Of a stretch of DNA of 64,000 bases, positions 18,225-28,815 are shown one piece after another (within the stretch, counting starts at the first letter, position 1; the number at the start of each line of letters is the position of its first letter). Below the pieces are notes generated by a model. That model worked only from the letters and a program-made list of their open reading frames with translations. It was not told where the DNA came from and searched no databases. Made by a program: the position numbers and the translations under genes. Origin of the DNA: Phycisphaerae bacterium (GTDB taxonomy: Bacteria; Planctomycetota; Phycisphaerae; UBA1845); assembly GCA_963666835.2 (NCBI GenBank), contig CAXXGO010000001.1, positions 2,080,001-2,144,000 on the forward strand. The letters are read 5' to 3'.

Positions 18225-18668
18225 TCAGCTCTTCACTTCGATCCGTCTGGGCAGAACGGCATCCGCCTTGGCGAGGGTGACCAGCAGGACCCCGTCACGA
18301 AGGGAGGCTTCCACCTTCTCGGCGTTTACGTCACACGGCAACTGCACGGTGCGCTCGAAACGTCCGATGCCACGCTCGCGACGGTGATACGTCGCTTCCT
18401 TGTCATCCGACGACCGATGCTCACCCTTAATCGTCAGTTCGTCACCGGCGACGAGAACCTCGAGTTTCTCCATCCCGATACCGGGCACTTCCGCCTCGGC
18501 AAAGAGGTTCTTCTCGTCTTCCCACACGTTGATTGCCGGGAAGTTACGCCGGCCGAACGCGTTAAGGGAGCGGTTCAGGCCGGTGTTCGCCATGACGTTC
18601 TCGAAGAGCCGGTCCATCTCACTACGAAGCCGAACAACCGGGTGATTCATTGTGCGAAGCTCGATCAT
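18225..18668 (-). CDS. Hsp20/alpha-crystallin small heat-shock protein
   Basis: FPAINVWED, RRERGIGRFER and ASLRDGVLLVTLAK; RBS AAGGAG. Confidence 0.93.
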   Translation of the reverse strand: MIELRTMNHPVVRLRSEMDRLFENVMANTGLNRSLNAFGRRNFPAINVWEDEKNLFAEAEVPGIGMEKLEVLVAGDELTIKGEHRSSDDKEATYHRRERGIGRFERTVQLPCDVNAEKVEASLRDGVLLVTLAKADAVLPRRIEVKS

Positions 18669-18802
18669 CTCTGTTCTCCTTTATGGTTCTCCGCAGTTCC
18701 GTCGTGCTCCTTCGTCGCCTTCGGTGCGGTACTGCAATGTCGTAACCTTGTCAGCCAACTCCCATCTGCCGGGTGTCGGCGTCATCCACACCCAGCCATA
18801 GG

Positions 18803-18817
18803 GCAAAGGCCGTACCA
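18803..18817 (-). promoter_or_regulatory. Sigma54-type -24/-12 promoter for the hsp20 pair
   Basis: Minus strand TGGTACGGCCTTTGC = GG-N10-GC, close to consensus TGGCAC-N5-TTGC, about 135 bp upstream of hsp20. Confidence 0.65.
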
Positions 18818-19109
18818 GGAATCGCCGAAGCGGCCCAGGGTCGTAACTTCCGCATTGGCCTGGACTTACGGTCGGGCGCCCGGTGACTGAAACCGGACGG
18901 CTGCCAGTCTGACAGCTATTGTGCGGCAGTTGGCAGCCGGATCGGCGGGGGGGGCGGAAGTGGCTCGGCACAACAGAGCGGAAACCGATACCGCAGGGTA
19001 CCCGACAAGGGAGGATGCGGTTCGGGGGCGTCCCCGGGTAAGTGTGGTCTATGGGCTGCCGTGCCACGCCTTTGGCGCTAACTATCCGGCGTCTTGTCAG
19101 TGGCGTTAG

Positions 19110-20303
19110 TCAATCGGGGAGTACTTCGAGCCCTACGACGGTGACATCATCGTGCGGCTTGAGCGACCCGGTCTCGACGTCAAGGCGGGCGTCGATCTCG
19201 CGGACCATTTCCTTGATCGGCAGGCGGGCAAGTGACTCGAAAGCTCGGTGATACGCCGTCGTGTCCAGATGTTCGCTCTTCTCGCTTTGAAACGCCAGCT
19301 CGACCCCATCGGAGAACAGCAGGAGTTTGTCCCCCGGTTGGAGCTGCGTTTCGAACGTCGGGAAGTCCCCGCCCTTGAACAGACCCAAGAGACCTCCGGG
19401 AGTCTTCAGGTCGGTTATCATCCCATCGGTGGTAGCTAATATGGGATAGGGGTGCCCGCCGCGGGCGTACTGCAGAGTGAGCGTGCGGTGGTTGAACACT
19501 ACGTAACACGCCGTGACGAACTGGGCGTTGGGCAGTGATTGATCCGCCAGGGCGTTGTTGAGAATCGAGATTGTTTCGGATGGGCTGAGGATCGAGTATT
19601 CCTCTCCGATTACCCGCTTGGACACAATGGTCCGCTTGATGAACATGGTCAACAAGCTGGCGGCCATACCGTGTCCCACCGCATCGGCCACGTAGAAGCC
19701 GGTGTGGTCTTCGTCGATTCGGAAGATGTCGAAGATGTCGCCGGAAACCCAGGAGGCCGGCCGGTACACCGTGGCGAACTGCGCATTGCGAATCGCCTCC
19801 CTGGATTCCGGTAAGAAATCACGCTGCAACCGGCTGGCAAGCCGCATTTCCTGGTCGACCTCGCGGAAGTGCTCGTTGAGGCGTTTGCCGAGTCGCTCCA
19901 TGTTCTGCAACTCTTCTTCCAGACGCTGGAAGTGAGCCTGATATCGCCCGATCATCGCTAACCGGCCGCGCAGCTCGGATACGGATACATCGCGATTCAC
20001 CATGTCAATAGTGGAACTTGGGTTCTGGCCGGTGTCGTGGATCTCGTCTGCGATCACGATGGTCGCGATTCGTTGAGCGTCGATCAAGCGAAGCAGGCTC
20101 TTGTAGGCTTGCTGCTGATCGTCGTCTTGCTCGTTATCGATTGGCTGGGCGATTATGACTGCATCTAAGCGTTCGACGCGGGCGGTGTTCAGGGCGCTGC
20201 AATAGTCCGGGGTGGTAGTCGTACTCCACCCAACCTCGCTGAGCATCTCGTTCACCCCCTCTGGAAGGGGCCGGTTCGTTGGGTCGATTGTTAATACGTG
20301 CAT
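19110..20303 (-). CDS. PP2C/SpoIIE (RsbU-like) phosphatase with degenerate receiver-like N-terminus
   Basis: A..LQ..FLP, VSGDIFD, VADAVGHG, SDG and DDVT motifs. Confidence 0.92.
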   Translation of the reverse strand: MHVLTIDPTNRPLPEGVNEMLSEVGWSTTTTPDYCSALNTARVERLDAVIIAQPIDNEQDDDQQQAYKSLLRLIDAQRIATIVIADEIHDTGQNPSSTIDMVNRDVSVSELRGRLAMIGRYQAHFQRLEEELQNMERLGKRLNEHFREVDQEMRLASRLQRDFLPESREAIRNAQFATVYRPASWVSGDIFDIFRIDEDHTGFYVADAVGHGMAASLLTMFIKRTIVSKRVIGEEYSILSPSETISILNNALADQSLPNAQFVTACYVVFNHRTLTLQYARGGHPYPILATTDGMITDLKTPGGLLGLFKGGDFPTFETQLQPGDKLLLFSDGVELAFQSEKSEHLDTTAYHRAFESLARLPIKEMVREIDARLDVETGSLKPHDDVTVVGLEVLPD

Positions 20304-20413
20304 TATGCTCAACCAGTGCGCAGACCGCGTACTCGCCGGCCAAACCCGCAGGCATTATCGGAACACAACTGTCGGCTGAGGACGCGCGTGACGCCCAGGG
20401 GGACGTCGACCGG

Positions 20414-20908
20414 TTACGAATCGGCCTTTAACACCGATGCGGGAATCGCCAGAATGTCGCCGGAGACGACACCGAGTTCGCCAAACCGATCGGCGTTAAC
20501 CTCGATGGCGAAGCGGTAGGGGGCGTCCGGGGGGTAGGCGTTGTGCCGGGTGTCCAGCGGGGCCATGGTATGGACTGTGACGACTATGCCGTCTGTACTG
20601 ATGTACGCGATGTCCAGGGGGATGATCGTGTCCTTCATCCAGAAGCTCGTTCGCACGGAATGGTCGAACACGAAGAGCATCCCACGCTCCGTTCCGTCCG
20701 GCAGCGGCTGCATCTGCTCGGCCGTGACCATCATGAGCCCCGCGTTTTGCTCATCAACCGTATCGGCCACCCATAGTTCGAAGGGCTGCCCCTTGATGGT
20801 CATGGCTACTGTCGGGAGCTTATCCAGGCGGTTCGGGGTCGTAGGGGTGCATGCCGGCAAACCGCCGGCCGTCGTTACGGAAATCGCCATAAGTACCAGC
20901 CTTTTCAC
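20414..20908 (-). CDS. DUF192-family lipoprotein
   Basis: Lipobox-like LPAC; VADT..GLM, GMLFVF, FWMKDTIIPLDIAYI, AIEVNA. Confidence 0.85.
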   Translation of the reverse strand: MKRLVLMAISVTTAGGLPACTPTTPNRLDKLPTVAMTIKGQPFELWVADTVDEQNAGLMMVTAEQMQPLPDGTERGMLFVFDHSVRTSFWMKDTIIPLDIAYISTDGIVVTVHTMAPLDTRHNAYPPDAPYRFAIEVNADRFGELGVVSGDILAIPASVLKADS

Positions 20909-21303
20909 GGGTTCGAATCCTCTGCGCGGGCTGAGGAACTTTCCGCCTCGCTGCGGAGTCTAGCACGTTCGACCCTTCGTTGCGAAATCATCCATCGCGT
21001 GTACCGGACGTCCTTGATGGCCAAAGCGCAGAGCCAAAGAACCAACGCCATGATTACGACCCAATATGCCGCATAAATCCGCGGGTGGTCCGGAATGTCC
21101 ACCGCGTACACGCCCAGGACGAACATGACCGACACAAGCAGGCAGATCGCGGCGCCGATGCGTCTCCACGGTCGCTCCTCTGCGCCAGAACGCCCCGAAT
21201 CATCGCGCCGCCGCACTGGCCGCCCCAAATAGGCCCAAGCCCCGAGCAACGCAAACGTGAGAATGAAGATCGAGAACAGAATTTTCAACCAAACGTCCCC
21301 CAC
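20905..21303 (-). CDS. Small membrane protein
   Basis: Three hydrophobic helices; coupled to the DUF192 gene. Confidence 0.6.
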   Translation of the reverse strand: MGDVWLKILFSIFILTFALLGAWAYLGRPVRRRDDSGRSGAEERPWRRIGAAICLLVSVMFVLGVYAVDIPDHPRIYAAYWVVIMALVLWLCALAIKDVRYTRWMISQRRVERARLRSEAESSSARAEDSNP

Positions 21304-21550
21304 GCCGTCCAGCGCAAATGCAGCTCAAGTCCGGGTCGCCGAAACGCTCTGCCATCTCCTACATCGTACGTCAGCAACAGTGATCAGTGAAGGACGACGC
21401 GGTTTTTTCACCCAAAGTCGCATCAACAAGGTGTCGATGTACTTCAAAGCACTCACATAGGGCTCAAACGGCCTTGGGGCAAACTCCGAATGCAATCTGA
21501 AGAGCGGGGGGCGGCGATCCGGACCGGATCGCCGGTATGCGCCGACCCGG

Positions 21551-23092
21551 CTACGATTCCGCGCGCAGCCGGGAGAGCCGTTCTTCGATGAGCCGATCCA
21601 CCAGCGCCGGATCGGCTTGGCCGCCGGATACCCGAATTACTTGTCCGCGGAGAAAACCCAAGGCTCCGCAAGCCTTCTTTCGTCCGGATAGAGCATCCGA
21701 CACGGCCTTGGGGTTCTCTGAAAACACCTGTTCCAACCAAGCATCCGTCACCTTCCGGTCGCGGACCTGTACCAGGCCGAGCTTCTCTGCCAGTTGGGCC
21801 GGGGGAGCGGGGTCGTCGAGCATCGCTTGGGCCAAGCGTTCCGCCGCCCTTGCGCTTACCGTTCTGTCGGAGGTCATTCGAGCGAGGTCAGCCATGCGCG
21901 CCGGTTCCATCTTGAGGTCGCTTACGGTCATACTCCGGACCGCCGCCAGCCGGACCCACAGGTTGATCAATTGGGCGGCTGTCGTACGTGGTGGCCCGCC
22001 GGCGGTGATGATCTCGTCAAACAGATCGGCGGTGGGGCGGTGGGAGACGATGATCTCGGCATCGGCGGGTGGTATACCGACGATTTCTGCCAGCCTCTGC
22101 CGCCGTGCGATCGGCAGCTCCGGCAACTCACGACGGATTCTCTCGATAGTCGAGTCCGAGAGCTCTACGGGAACGAGATCCGGCTCCGGGAAATAGCGGT
22201 AATCGTGAGCACCCTCTTTGTCGCGTTGGAACTCGGTGCGACCATCCCTCTCGTTCCATCCGCGGTTCTCATTTGGATGCGTGCCGGCCACGTACGTGTG
22301 ATCGGCGGCCCAGGCCGATACCTGCCGATCGATTTCGAAAGCAACCGCATCGTGGACGGAGTGGAAACTGTTCAGGTTCTTGACCTCGACGATGGGCGTG
22401 CGGTACTGTTTTCCGTCCTCGCGGATCAGGATGTTGATATTGGGCTCGAAACGCATCTGCCCTTCCTGCATCGAGCCGGCGCTTACGCCAAGGTATGTGG
22501 CCAAACGCTGCAGCTCAACGCAGAATGTGTACGTCTCCTGGGCGGAGGTGAGGTCGGGTTCGGTTACGATCTCCAATAGCGGAGTGCCCGCCCGGTTCAG
22601 GTCCACGAGCGTTCCGGGTCCGCAGTCGTGAGTGTTCTTGCCGGCGTCCTCCTCCAAATGAGCGCGCTTGATGCGAATCCGCTTGGTCGCATCTCCGACG
22701 ACAATGTCGAAGTGCCCGTTGGTCGCCAGAGGCAAGTCGTATTGGCTGATCTGGTAACCCTTGGGGAGGTCGGGATAGAAGTAGCTCTTACGATCCCACT
22801 TCGTACGTTGAGCTATCGTGCAGTTCAGCGCTAAACCGGCATGGATCGCCAGTTCCACCGCCTGACGATTGATGGTTGGCAACGCTCCGGGATGGCCCAG
22901 GCACACCGGGCAGACCAGCGAGTTCGCGGGAGCCCCGAAACGAACCGCGCAGCCGCAGAACATCTTGGTTCTGACAGAAAGCTGGACATGGACCTCCAGT
23001 CCGATTATCGGATGTACCGTCAACGCCGGCTCCGTCTTACTCACCCGGTCCCGAGGATCCGCCACGGGTTGGATGATACGGGGAAGCCTCAA
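21551..23092 (-). CDS. gatB: Asp-tRNA(Asn)/Glu-tRNA(Gln) amidotransferase subunit B
   Basis: IGLEVHVQL..TKMFC, YFYPDLPKGYQISQ, HLEEDAGK, DLNRAGTPLLEIVTEPD, DYRYFPEPDL. True start probably near 23044. Confidence 0.96.
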   Translation of the reverse strand: MRLPRIIQPVADPRDRVSKTEPALTVHPIIGLEVHVQLSVRTKMFCGCAVRFGAPANSLVCPVCLGHPGALPTINRQAVELAIHAGLALNCTIAQRTKWDRKSYFYPDLPKGYQISQYDLPLATNGHFDIVVGDATKRIRIKRAHLEEDAGKNTHDCGPGTLVDLNRAGTPLLEIVTEPDLTSAQETYTFCVELQRLATYLGVSAGSMQEGQMRFEPNINILIREDGKQYRTPIVEVKNLNSFHSVHDAVAFEIDRQVSAWAADHTYVAGTHPNENRGWNERDGRTEFQRDKEGAHDYRYFPEPDLVPVELSDSTIERIRRELPELPIARRQRLAEIVGIPPADAEIIVSHRPTADLFDEIITAGGPPRTTAAQLINLWVRLAAVRSMTVSDLKMEPARMADLARMTSDRTVSARAAERLAQAMLDDPAPPAQLAEKLGLVQVRDRKVTDAWLEQVFSENPKAVSDALSGRKKACGALGFLRGQVIRVSGGQADPALVDRLIEERLSRLRAES

Positions 23093-23151
23093 AGGCGGCG
23101 AGCGTGGTGCCTGACGTTAGCGGCTTAGCAGCCCGCCTCCCGTTTCCCGAC

Positions 23152-23910
23152 TCAGGGGCGGCTGGCGATTGCGACCGCCAGCGGGTTGACAAACCCGGGA
23201 ACCACACGCTCGGTCGCAAGTTCGTCGGTTACGTCGAACAGGGTGCCGAGGGCCTCCACCAGAGTGTCCGGAGCGTCAACCCCCCAGTACTTCCGGGCGG
23301 TCAGGAAAACGCTGATCGGAGCGTTCTCGAATGAGCCACTACGAACCTCGTACGTGGTGGTCCGCGACTTGACCTCAACATAAGCCTGCAGGTCACATTC
23401 CGGTGACAGCGCTACTCCGAAGTAAGGCTGCGCGTCGATGATGTGGGCGGTATCGTCTCCGAACAAGAAGCCCCCGGCCGCATGATCGCCCATAAGGGTC
23501 TCGGCCACTAACTGATCGTGGTTTCCGCGGTAGTCCAGATCAAACCCGTAGATGAGCTCCAGATGGTCGAAATCTATATCGCTAAAGCTCAGATGGTACG
23601 GAGCCTGGGTCAGGATCAGACTTCCGAACCGCCGGACCTCCTCGATGTCGGGGGGCGAGAAGTGCCCGAAGCGCAGACTACCGTGGTCCAACCGGACCCA
23701 CCTGCGCGAGCCGCGGTCCCCGACCGATTCTTCCTCGAGCAGCAAGCACCCATCATCCCGGCGACGCAACTTGCTCAAACCGGGGTACTCCTTACGAAGA
23801 CGGTCGAAGAAGTGCAGCACGGTGTCGCGTTCCAACGGCATATCCAGCTTGAGGAACAGACGGCAATTGATATAGAACTCGTCACACACCGCACCGAGTC
23901 CGCTGTTCAT
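23152..23910 (-). CDS. Conserved hypothetical protein (planctomycete-type)
   Basis: Strong RBS GGAGG before ATG 23910; CDEFYIN..LPLERDTVLHFFDR-like N-terminus; globular composition. Confidence 0.7.
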   Translation of the reverse strand: MNSGLGAVCDEFYINCRLFLKLDMPLERDTVLHFFDRLRKEYPGLSKLRRRDDGCLLLEEESVGDRGSRRWVRLDHGSLRFGHFSPPDIEEVRRFGSLILTQAPYHLSFSDIDFDHLELIYGFDLDYRGNHDQLVAETLMGDHAAGGFLFGDDTAHIIDAQPYFGVALSPECDLQAYVEVKSRTTTYEVRSGSFENAPISVFLTARKYWGVDAPDTLVEALGTLFDVTDELATERVVPGFVNPLAVAIASRP

Positions 23911-24002
23911 CGTAATCCTCCGGGCCGGCGGAAGCACCAAAACCAATAATCGAGTATTATCGCCCAAACGGTTGCCGAATTCAACCGACATGGAGGTAGC
24001 TA

Positions 24003-24770
24003 ATGCAGACCATACACTCGCGTACAACCGTTGAGCGGCTTATCCGGGCGACGTTACTTGTGGTCTTGGTCAACGGATTCGCCCTGGCCTATTTGTGGGA
24101 CGGTTACGTCGGATACGCCAGAGATAACGTCGAGGCGCTCGTCAACACATTGGGGTTAAATACCCAATTGTATCCCCCTGTCGACCCTACGATGACGGAG
24201 CAGAGGGGGACGGCCCTGGCCGGGGAAATCAAGAACCGAACTCCGCTCAGGGACGTGACGGCTCAACTTGGCGAACCCGCCCTGGAGCATGACGGCAGTC
24301 TGTACTTCATCGGCCCGGGAGGACACCTTCGCATCGCGCTGAACAGGGGATTCGTGACGGCGGTCGAGTGGAATCGCGGCAACCACAGCGAGTCGGATCT
24401 TCTGTGGCAACGGGGGATCGGCTTCGTCCTGGTCCTGTGTGGCGTGTTCGCCCTGGTTCATTTCGTGCGCGTAGTCAGGACTCGGGTTGTGTTGACTTCG
24501 GAAAGCCTGGCGGTCGGTGGACAGCCGCCGGTCCCTCTTCAGGCGATTACCGGGGTCAATCTCGTAGCCGACGCGCGGGCGGAGCTGATTGCGATTACCT
24601 ACGACGACAACGGTCGGAGCGGCGAGCTGCAGCTTAGCGGTTACGTTGTCAAGGAGTTGCCCGCTATCGTGGCGGCCCTGTGTGCGTACAAGGGGCTGGC
24701 GAATCCGCTTGCTGCCGCCAGTGATGAGCCCGGGGAGGCTGCCAACGGCGATAGCCGCGATGCCGATTGA
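24003..24770 (+). CDS. Membrane protein, unknown function
   Basis: RBS GGAGG; two TM helices flanking a soluble domain. Confidence 0.7.
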   Translation: MQTIHSRTTVERLIRATLLVVLVNGFALAYLWDGYVGYARDNVEALVNTLGLNTQLYPPVDPTMTEQRGTALAGEIKNRTPLRDVTAQLGEPALEHDGSLYFIGPGGHLRIALNRGFVTAVEWNRGNHSESDLLWQRGIGFVLVLCGVFALVHFVRVVRTRVVLTSESLAVGGQPPVPLQAITGVNLVADARAELIAITYDDNGRSGELQLSGYVVKELPAIVAALCAYKGLANPLAAASDEPGEAANGDSRDAD

Positions 24771-24778
24771 CGTTTCGG

Positions 24779-25336
24779 CTACTCGGCGGCAGACCGGGTG
24801 AGTTGTTTGATGATCTCCGCGGCGATGCCGCGCGGGTCCTTGCCCGATGTCTCTATCACCAGATCGGCCGCGTCTTCGTAGTATAATTCGCGTTCGGAAA
24901 GGAGCCGGCGGATCTCGGTCTTGCCGTCCAGGTCCGTAAGGGGCGGGCGGCTGTCGTTGGTTGCGGAGTCGGCGCTGACGCGCTCCCAGAGCACTCCGGC
25001 CGGGGCCCTAAGCCACACCACCGTCGAGGTCGTTCGTAAGGCCTCGACGTTGCGGCTATCCAGAACCGCGCCGCCGCCGACGCTGATAACAGCCGGAGCC
25101 GATTCGACTACTCGCGCGATTACTTCACATTCGCGACGGCGAAACTCCGCTTCGCCATCCTCATCGAATATTGCGGCGATCGACTTTCCGCATAATGCCG
25201 CGATCATGGCATCCGTATCGACCTGAATGTCCCCGAGCATCTCGGCCAATTCGCGCCCCACGGTGGATTTGCCACACCCCCGGCACCCTATCAGCGCAAT
25301 GGGCGTTCGCTGGTCCGGGTCTTCTCTTCCCGTCAC
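24779..25336 (-). CDS. aroK: Shikimate kinase
   Basis: GCRGCGKSTVG, DTD, GEAEFR, GGG and RPPL motifs. Confidence 0.93.
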   Translation of the reverse strand: MTGREDPDQRTPIALIGCRGCGKSTVGRELAEMLGDIQVDTDAMIAALCGKSIAAIFDEDGEAEFRRRECEVIARVVESAPAVISVGGGAVLDSRNVEALRTTSTVVWLRAPAGVLWERVSADSATNDSRPPLTDLDGKTEIRRLLSERELYYEDAADLVIETSGKDPRGIAAEIIKQLTRSAAE

Positions 25337-26886
25337 GCCGATTCCTCCGTTTGTCCGGCAAGTTCCCTTACGATAACGTCGCGCGCGAGTCCGAGGTTAG
25401 GATTGACACCCGTCCAGAGCACGAACTGAGCGGCGGCCTGTCGGACGAACATGTCCAAACCGTTAAGTGCGGCCGCGCCGACCCGCTGAGCGTCTGCGAG
25501 GAGCTTCGTACACAGAGGGTTGTAGATGAGATCAAACACCAGCCGACAGCCTTCCAACCCCTTGGCCGTCATCGGGGATTCGTCGACCTCCGGCCACATT
25601 CCTACGCGCGTGCAGTTGATCAGGACCTGTCCGCGGCGGTCGGCTCGTGTCTCCCAGGAGGCCGACCGGCAGTGGAACTCCGCGGCGAGGCAGTCGGTTG
25701 TGCGCGGGGACCGGCCGTATACCGTCGAGTTGCACCCGGCTTCCCGCAGCCCGGCCAGCACGGCGCGGGCCGCTCCGCCGGTGCCGAGAACGTCGACCGC
25801 AAGTCCGCGCAGATCGCCGGTAGTGCATCCCAACGATGCAGCCATCGACTCTATTGCGGCCTGGCAGTCGGTATTGTGACCTTCGACCCGCCCGTTGCAA
25901 AACACCAGCGTGTTCGCCGCCCCGATGGCCGCGGTGGCCTCAGTAGCGTTGCCGCCGACCCATTCGAGAGCGGCTACCTTGTGCGGCAGGGTAACGCTGA
26001 ACCCGCCGACATTCAGCCACGGGCGGGCGACGCAGCCATCCAGGAAGCGGTGGAGGCAGTCATCCGCCCCGCGGACTCGCAACGGCATGTACACGGCGTC
26101 AAGACCGGCGTCGCTGAACCAGCGGTTCATCAGAGCGGGGCTCACGGAGTGATGAATCGGATCACCCAGCACGCCGAATACGCGCGTTGACTCGTTAATC
26201 TGGGCCCAGCGATACCGATCGATCATCGCCTTTAGGGTAGGCTGCCCCGGAGCGGTGAAGGAGGACGAGTCCAAGCAGCAGTACGTGCCGAACCCTCCGA
26301 GTTTGCCCGCAAGTACCCGAGACCAAAGACCATCTTCGCCCATCGCTATGGCGACTGCCTTATCTCGATGGCGGTGCATCAGGTCCAGTGACGCAAAGCT
26401 GTCACAAATGGCGTCGGACTTGTACGCGACCTTGGCGATTCCGCCGGCATCGCGCATTTCCTTCGCGGCAGCGGCGAGGTCCATCCGGGCACCGGAGAAG
26501 TCATGCGCAGAGAGAATCAGGTTGAGTTCGGACCTGTTGGGGCTCGTGGCGGCCCGACCGATCAGACGCTGTGCGCCGGCCGACCCTCTCCAGTCGGCCA
26601 TTTCGAAATCGATGATCGCACGGCCGTCGCCGGCAACAGTTGCAAGTTGTGCCGCCCGCTCTTCAGCCGGGGCATCGGACCGCCCGCCCTCGCGGTTCGT
26701 ACGGCACGTAAGCAGCCAGGTCTTGGGTGACGTTTCGGCGACATATTCTGCAAGAGCCGTGATGTCATCGCTGTAGGCGTCGAGCCGAATCTCGACCGCA
26801 TCGGTACCGCCGGCAAACGCTCGTTCGGCTTGCGATTTCACATCGGCAAGCGTTTTCGCGGCGATCGACGTGATCAGTAGCGACAT
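25333..26886 (-). CDS. aroE: Bifunctional type I 3-dehydroquinate dehydratase / shikimate dehydrogenase (AroDE)
   Basis: N-terminal EIRLD, TCR..EGG, SAHDF, MGEDG..SR, TAPGQ. C-terminal HSVSP, SVTLPHK, NTD, GTGGAARA, NGLDMFVRQA. Confidence 0.93.
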   Translation of the reverse strand: MSLLITSIAAKTLADVKSQAERAFAGGTDAVEIRLDAYSDDITALAEYVAETSPKTWLLTCRTNREGGRSDAPAEERAAQLATVAGDGRAIIDFEMADWRGSAGAQRLIGRAATSPNRSELNLILSAHDFSGARMDLAAAAKEMRDAGGIAKVAYKSDAICDSFASLDLMHRHRDKAVAIAMGEDGLWSRVLAGKLGGFGTYCCLDSSSFTAPGQPTLKAMIDRYRWAQINESTRVFGVLGDPIHHSVSPALMNRWFSDAGLDAVYMPLRVRGADDCLHRFLDGCVARPWLNVGGFSVTLPHKVAALEWVGGNATEATAAIGAANTLVFCNGRVEGHNTDCQAAIESMAASLGCTTGDLRGLAVDVLGTGGAARAVLAGLREAGCNSTVYGRSPRTTDCLAAEFHCRSASWETRADRRGQVLINCTRVGMWPEVDESPMTAKGLEGCRLVFDLIYNPLCTKLLADAQRVGAAALNGLDMFVRQAAAQFVLWTGVNPNLGLARDVIVRELAGQTEESA

Positions 26887-26942
26887 CGAGGGCTCCAGAC
26901 AGTCCGGCTGACGCTCGTGGCGGCCCCGCCGAGGCAGCGCGC

Positions 26943-28082
26943 CTAGCCCGCCACCCGTTTCTCCAAGATCGGGATCTGGTCTTTCAAGGCACGGGCCTGC
27001 GGCGAGTCGGGGTATTGTTCGACCACGTGTTTCGCGAGGCGGAGCGCATCCGCGTATTCATGATCCCTGACGAGATCCTTGAACCGAGCTTCGATCTCTT
27101 TGCGTTGCACAATCTCCGCATTCGATCGCAAGGTCTCCATCTGTCTCCGCAGGGCGTCGGCCTCCCGCGCGGCAGGGAACCGCTCCAGGAACTCCTCAGT
27201 AGCGGCCGCCGCTTCCGACCACCGATGCTGGTCGGCACACTTCTGAATGTGCGCGTACAGTCGGGCGCATCGGGTACGCTGCCACAACTGCCGAGCCCGA
27301 GCACTGCTGGGATGGTTTGCGTACAGCTTTTGGGTGAACTGCTCGGCGATAGCCCATTGCCCCTTCTGGCTGGCTTCCTCAACTTGCCGCTTGGTCCGCG
27401 CGAAATCGAGCGCCTCGTTCCGGGCGGCGGCTTCGTCGATCTTGGTCTGCAAGCGGGCCAACGTCGGTGTGCTTCCGAACGCAGCTTCGGCGTCCTGCAG
27501 CAGCAGACGCGCCCGGCCAAGCTGGCGGCTGTTGATTGCGTCGACGATCTCCTCGGCCGCCCGGCGCTGCACGCGGTTGTGAAGACGCTCTTTGGCCTTC
27601 TCTCGATCATCCGGAGCAAGCAACTGGAAGTCGCGGAGGTCCGTCAATAGGGCAACGGTCTGCTCGGAATCGCTGGTCGTAGTTCCGGCGGGCTGGTCTT
27701 CCGCCAGGATATTGGGTTCCTGCGCCGCCTTGATTGCTGCTTGCAGACTGGTTTCTGCCATGTGCGCCATGGCGTGGACGTATCGAAGAACTGCCGCGGC
27801 CGCGACCAGAAGCCCACCCATGGTTATGCCCACCACCAATCCGGTGACCAACGTGGATAGGAAGGGTACATCCAGCGGCTGATGTTCGCGCAGTCGCCAG
27901 CCCAGAACGATCAATGCCCCGACCGGCGCCACGACCAGATTAACGAAACCCATAGCCTGCAGAAAAACTGACAGGAAGGGCGGTTTCACCGCGGGTTGAT
28001 CCACCGGCGGTTGCGGCGATTGGTCCATCGAGACGTCTCCCTTCAGATCGAGCCGTTCCGGCAACGTATCTCGGATCGACAT
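26943..28082 (-). CDS. Membrane-anchored helical/TPR-like protein
   Basis: Two N-terminal TM helices; repeated helical units ending (F/Y/H)PxSxxAxxL. Confidence 0.65.
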   Translation of the reverse strand: MSIRDTLPERLDLKGDVSMDQSPQPPVDQPAVKPPFLSVFLQAMGFVNLVVAPVGALIVLGWRLREHQPLDVPFLSTLVTGLVVGITMGGLLVAAAAVLRYVHAMAHMAETSLQAAIKAAQEPNILAEDQPAGTTTSDSEQTVALLTDLRDFQLLAPDDREKAKERLHNRVQRRAAEEIVDAINSRQLGRARLLLQDAEAAFGSTPTLARLQTKIDEAAARNEALDFARTKRQVEEASQKGQWAIAEQFTQKLYANHPSSARARQLWQRTRCARLYAHIQKCADQHRWSEAAAATEEFLERFPAAREADALRRQMETLRSNAEIVQRKEIEARFKDLVRDHEYADALRLAKHVVEQYPDSPQARALKDQIPILEKRVAG

Positions 28083-28299
28083 GCCGGCGCACGATGATTA
28101 CCGTCACGAACGCCCGCGGTCTATCCGATTGCCGCCCCACGTTGGCTGCAACCTATTCGTTAACAACGATTTAACAGAACTCTCGCCGCGGCTCGTTCGG
28201 AATCTTGTACAACACCGGCGAGCCGCGTGCAAGCGGAGGTGACCTATATGCGCTTCGCGGGACACGTGTAATGCCGGACCGGTGGAGCCGCCGGGGAAG

Positions 28300-28797
28300 C
28301 TAGATACCCTGCTTCTCGTAGAACACGCCTTTGTCCACTTTCTGCAGGAAGGCCTGATAGAACGCGGGGTCTTCAATTGGCCGGACGGTGATGACCTCGT
28401 TCCGGTTGTTCACTACTTTGACCTGGAAGTTGACCCGCAGCCGCATGCCGTTGCGTACTTCGGTGACATTGGCCGCGCACTCGATAATCGCGTTCTTCCG
28501 CCACCTGGCGTCCTTGCTCCCGTGCCAGAATCTCGCCCAGAATCTCTCGTTGCCCTTTTCGATATCCGTCTCTTTGACGGCGTGGACGAATCCGACTTCG
28601 AGATTGACTTGCCTTGGGATAAACGCCTCATCCTGCAGAACATTCAGGACCGCCTTGATCGCCTTCTTCGGGTCTTTGATTTCGTATGAGCGAGTCTGCA
28701 TCTGGCGGACCTGGAGCTGTGACATCCGAACTTCCGGCTGGTGGCATCCGGAACAGATTGCCAGGAAGACTCCCGCTACGATGGGTATCGTCCTCAT
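28300..28797 (-). CDS. Lipoprotein, unknown function
   Basis: Signal peptide with CSGC lipobox-like site. Confidence 0.7.
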   Translation of the reverse strand: MRTIPIVAGVFLAICSGCHQPEVRMSQLQVRQMQTRSYEIKDPKKAIKAVLNVLQDEAFIPRQVNLEVGFVHAVKETDIEKGNERFWARFWHGSKDARWRKNAIIECAANVTEVRNGMRLRVNFQVKVVNNRNEVITVRPIEDPAFYQAFLQKVDKGVFYEKQGI

Positions 28798-28815
28798 GAT
28801 GAGCCCCCGTCGATT

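Noticed and set aside
21551..23092. gatB without gatC/gatA as an anomaly
   Set aside because: Dispersed gat genes are common; nothing else unusual is visible.
24779..26886. Plant-like AroDE fusion as a novelty
   Set aside because: Already known from Planctomycetes and Chlamydiae.
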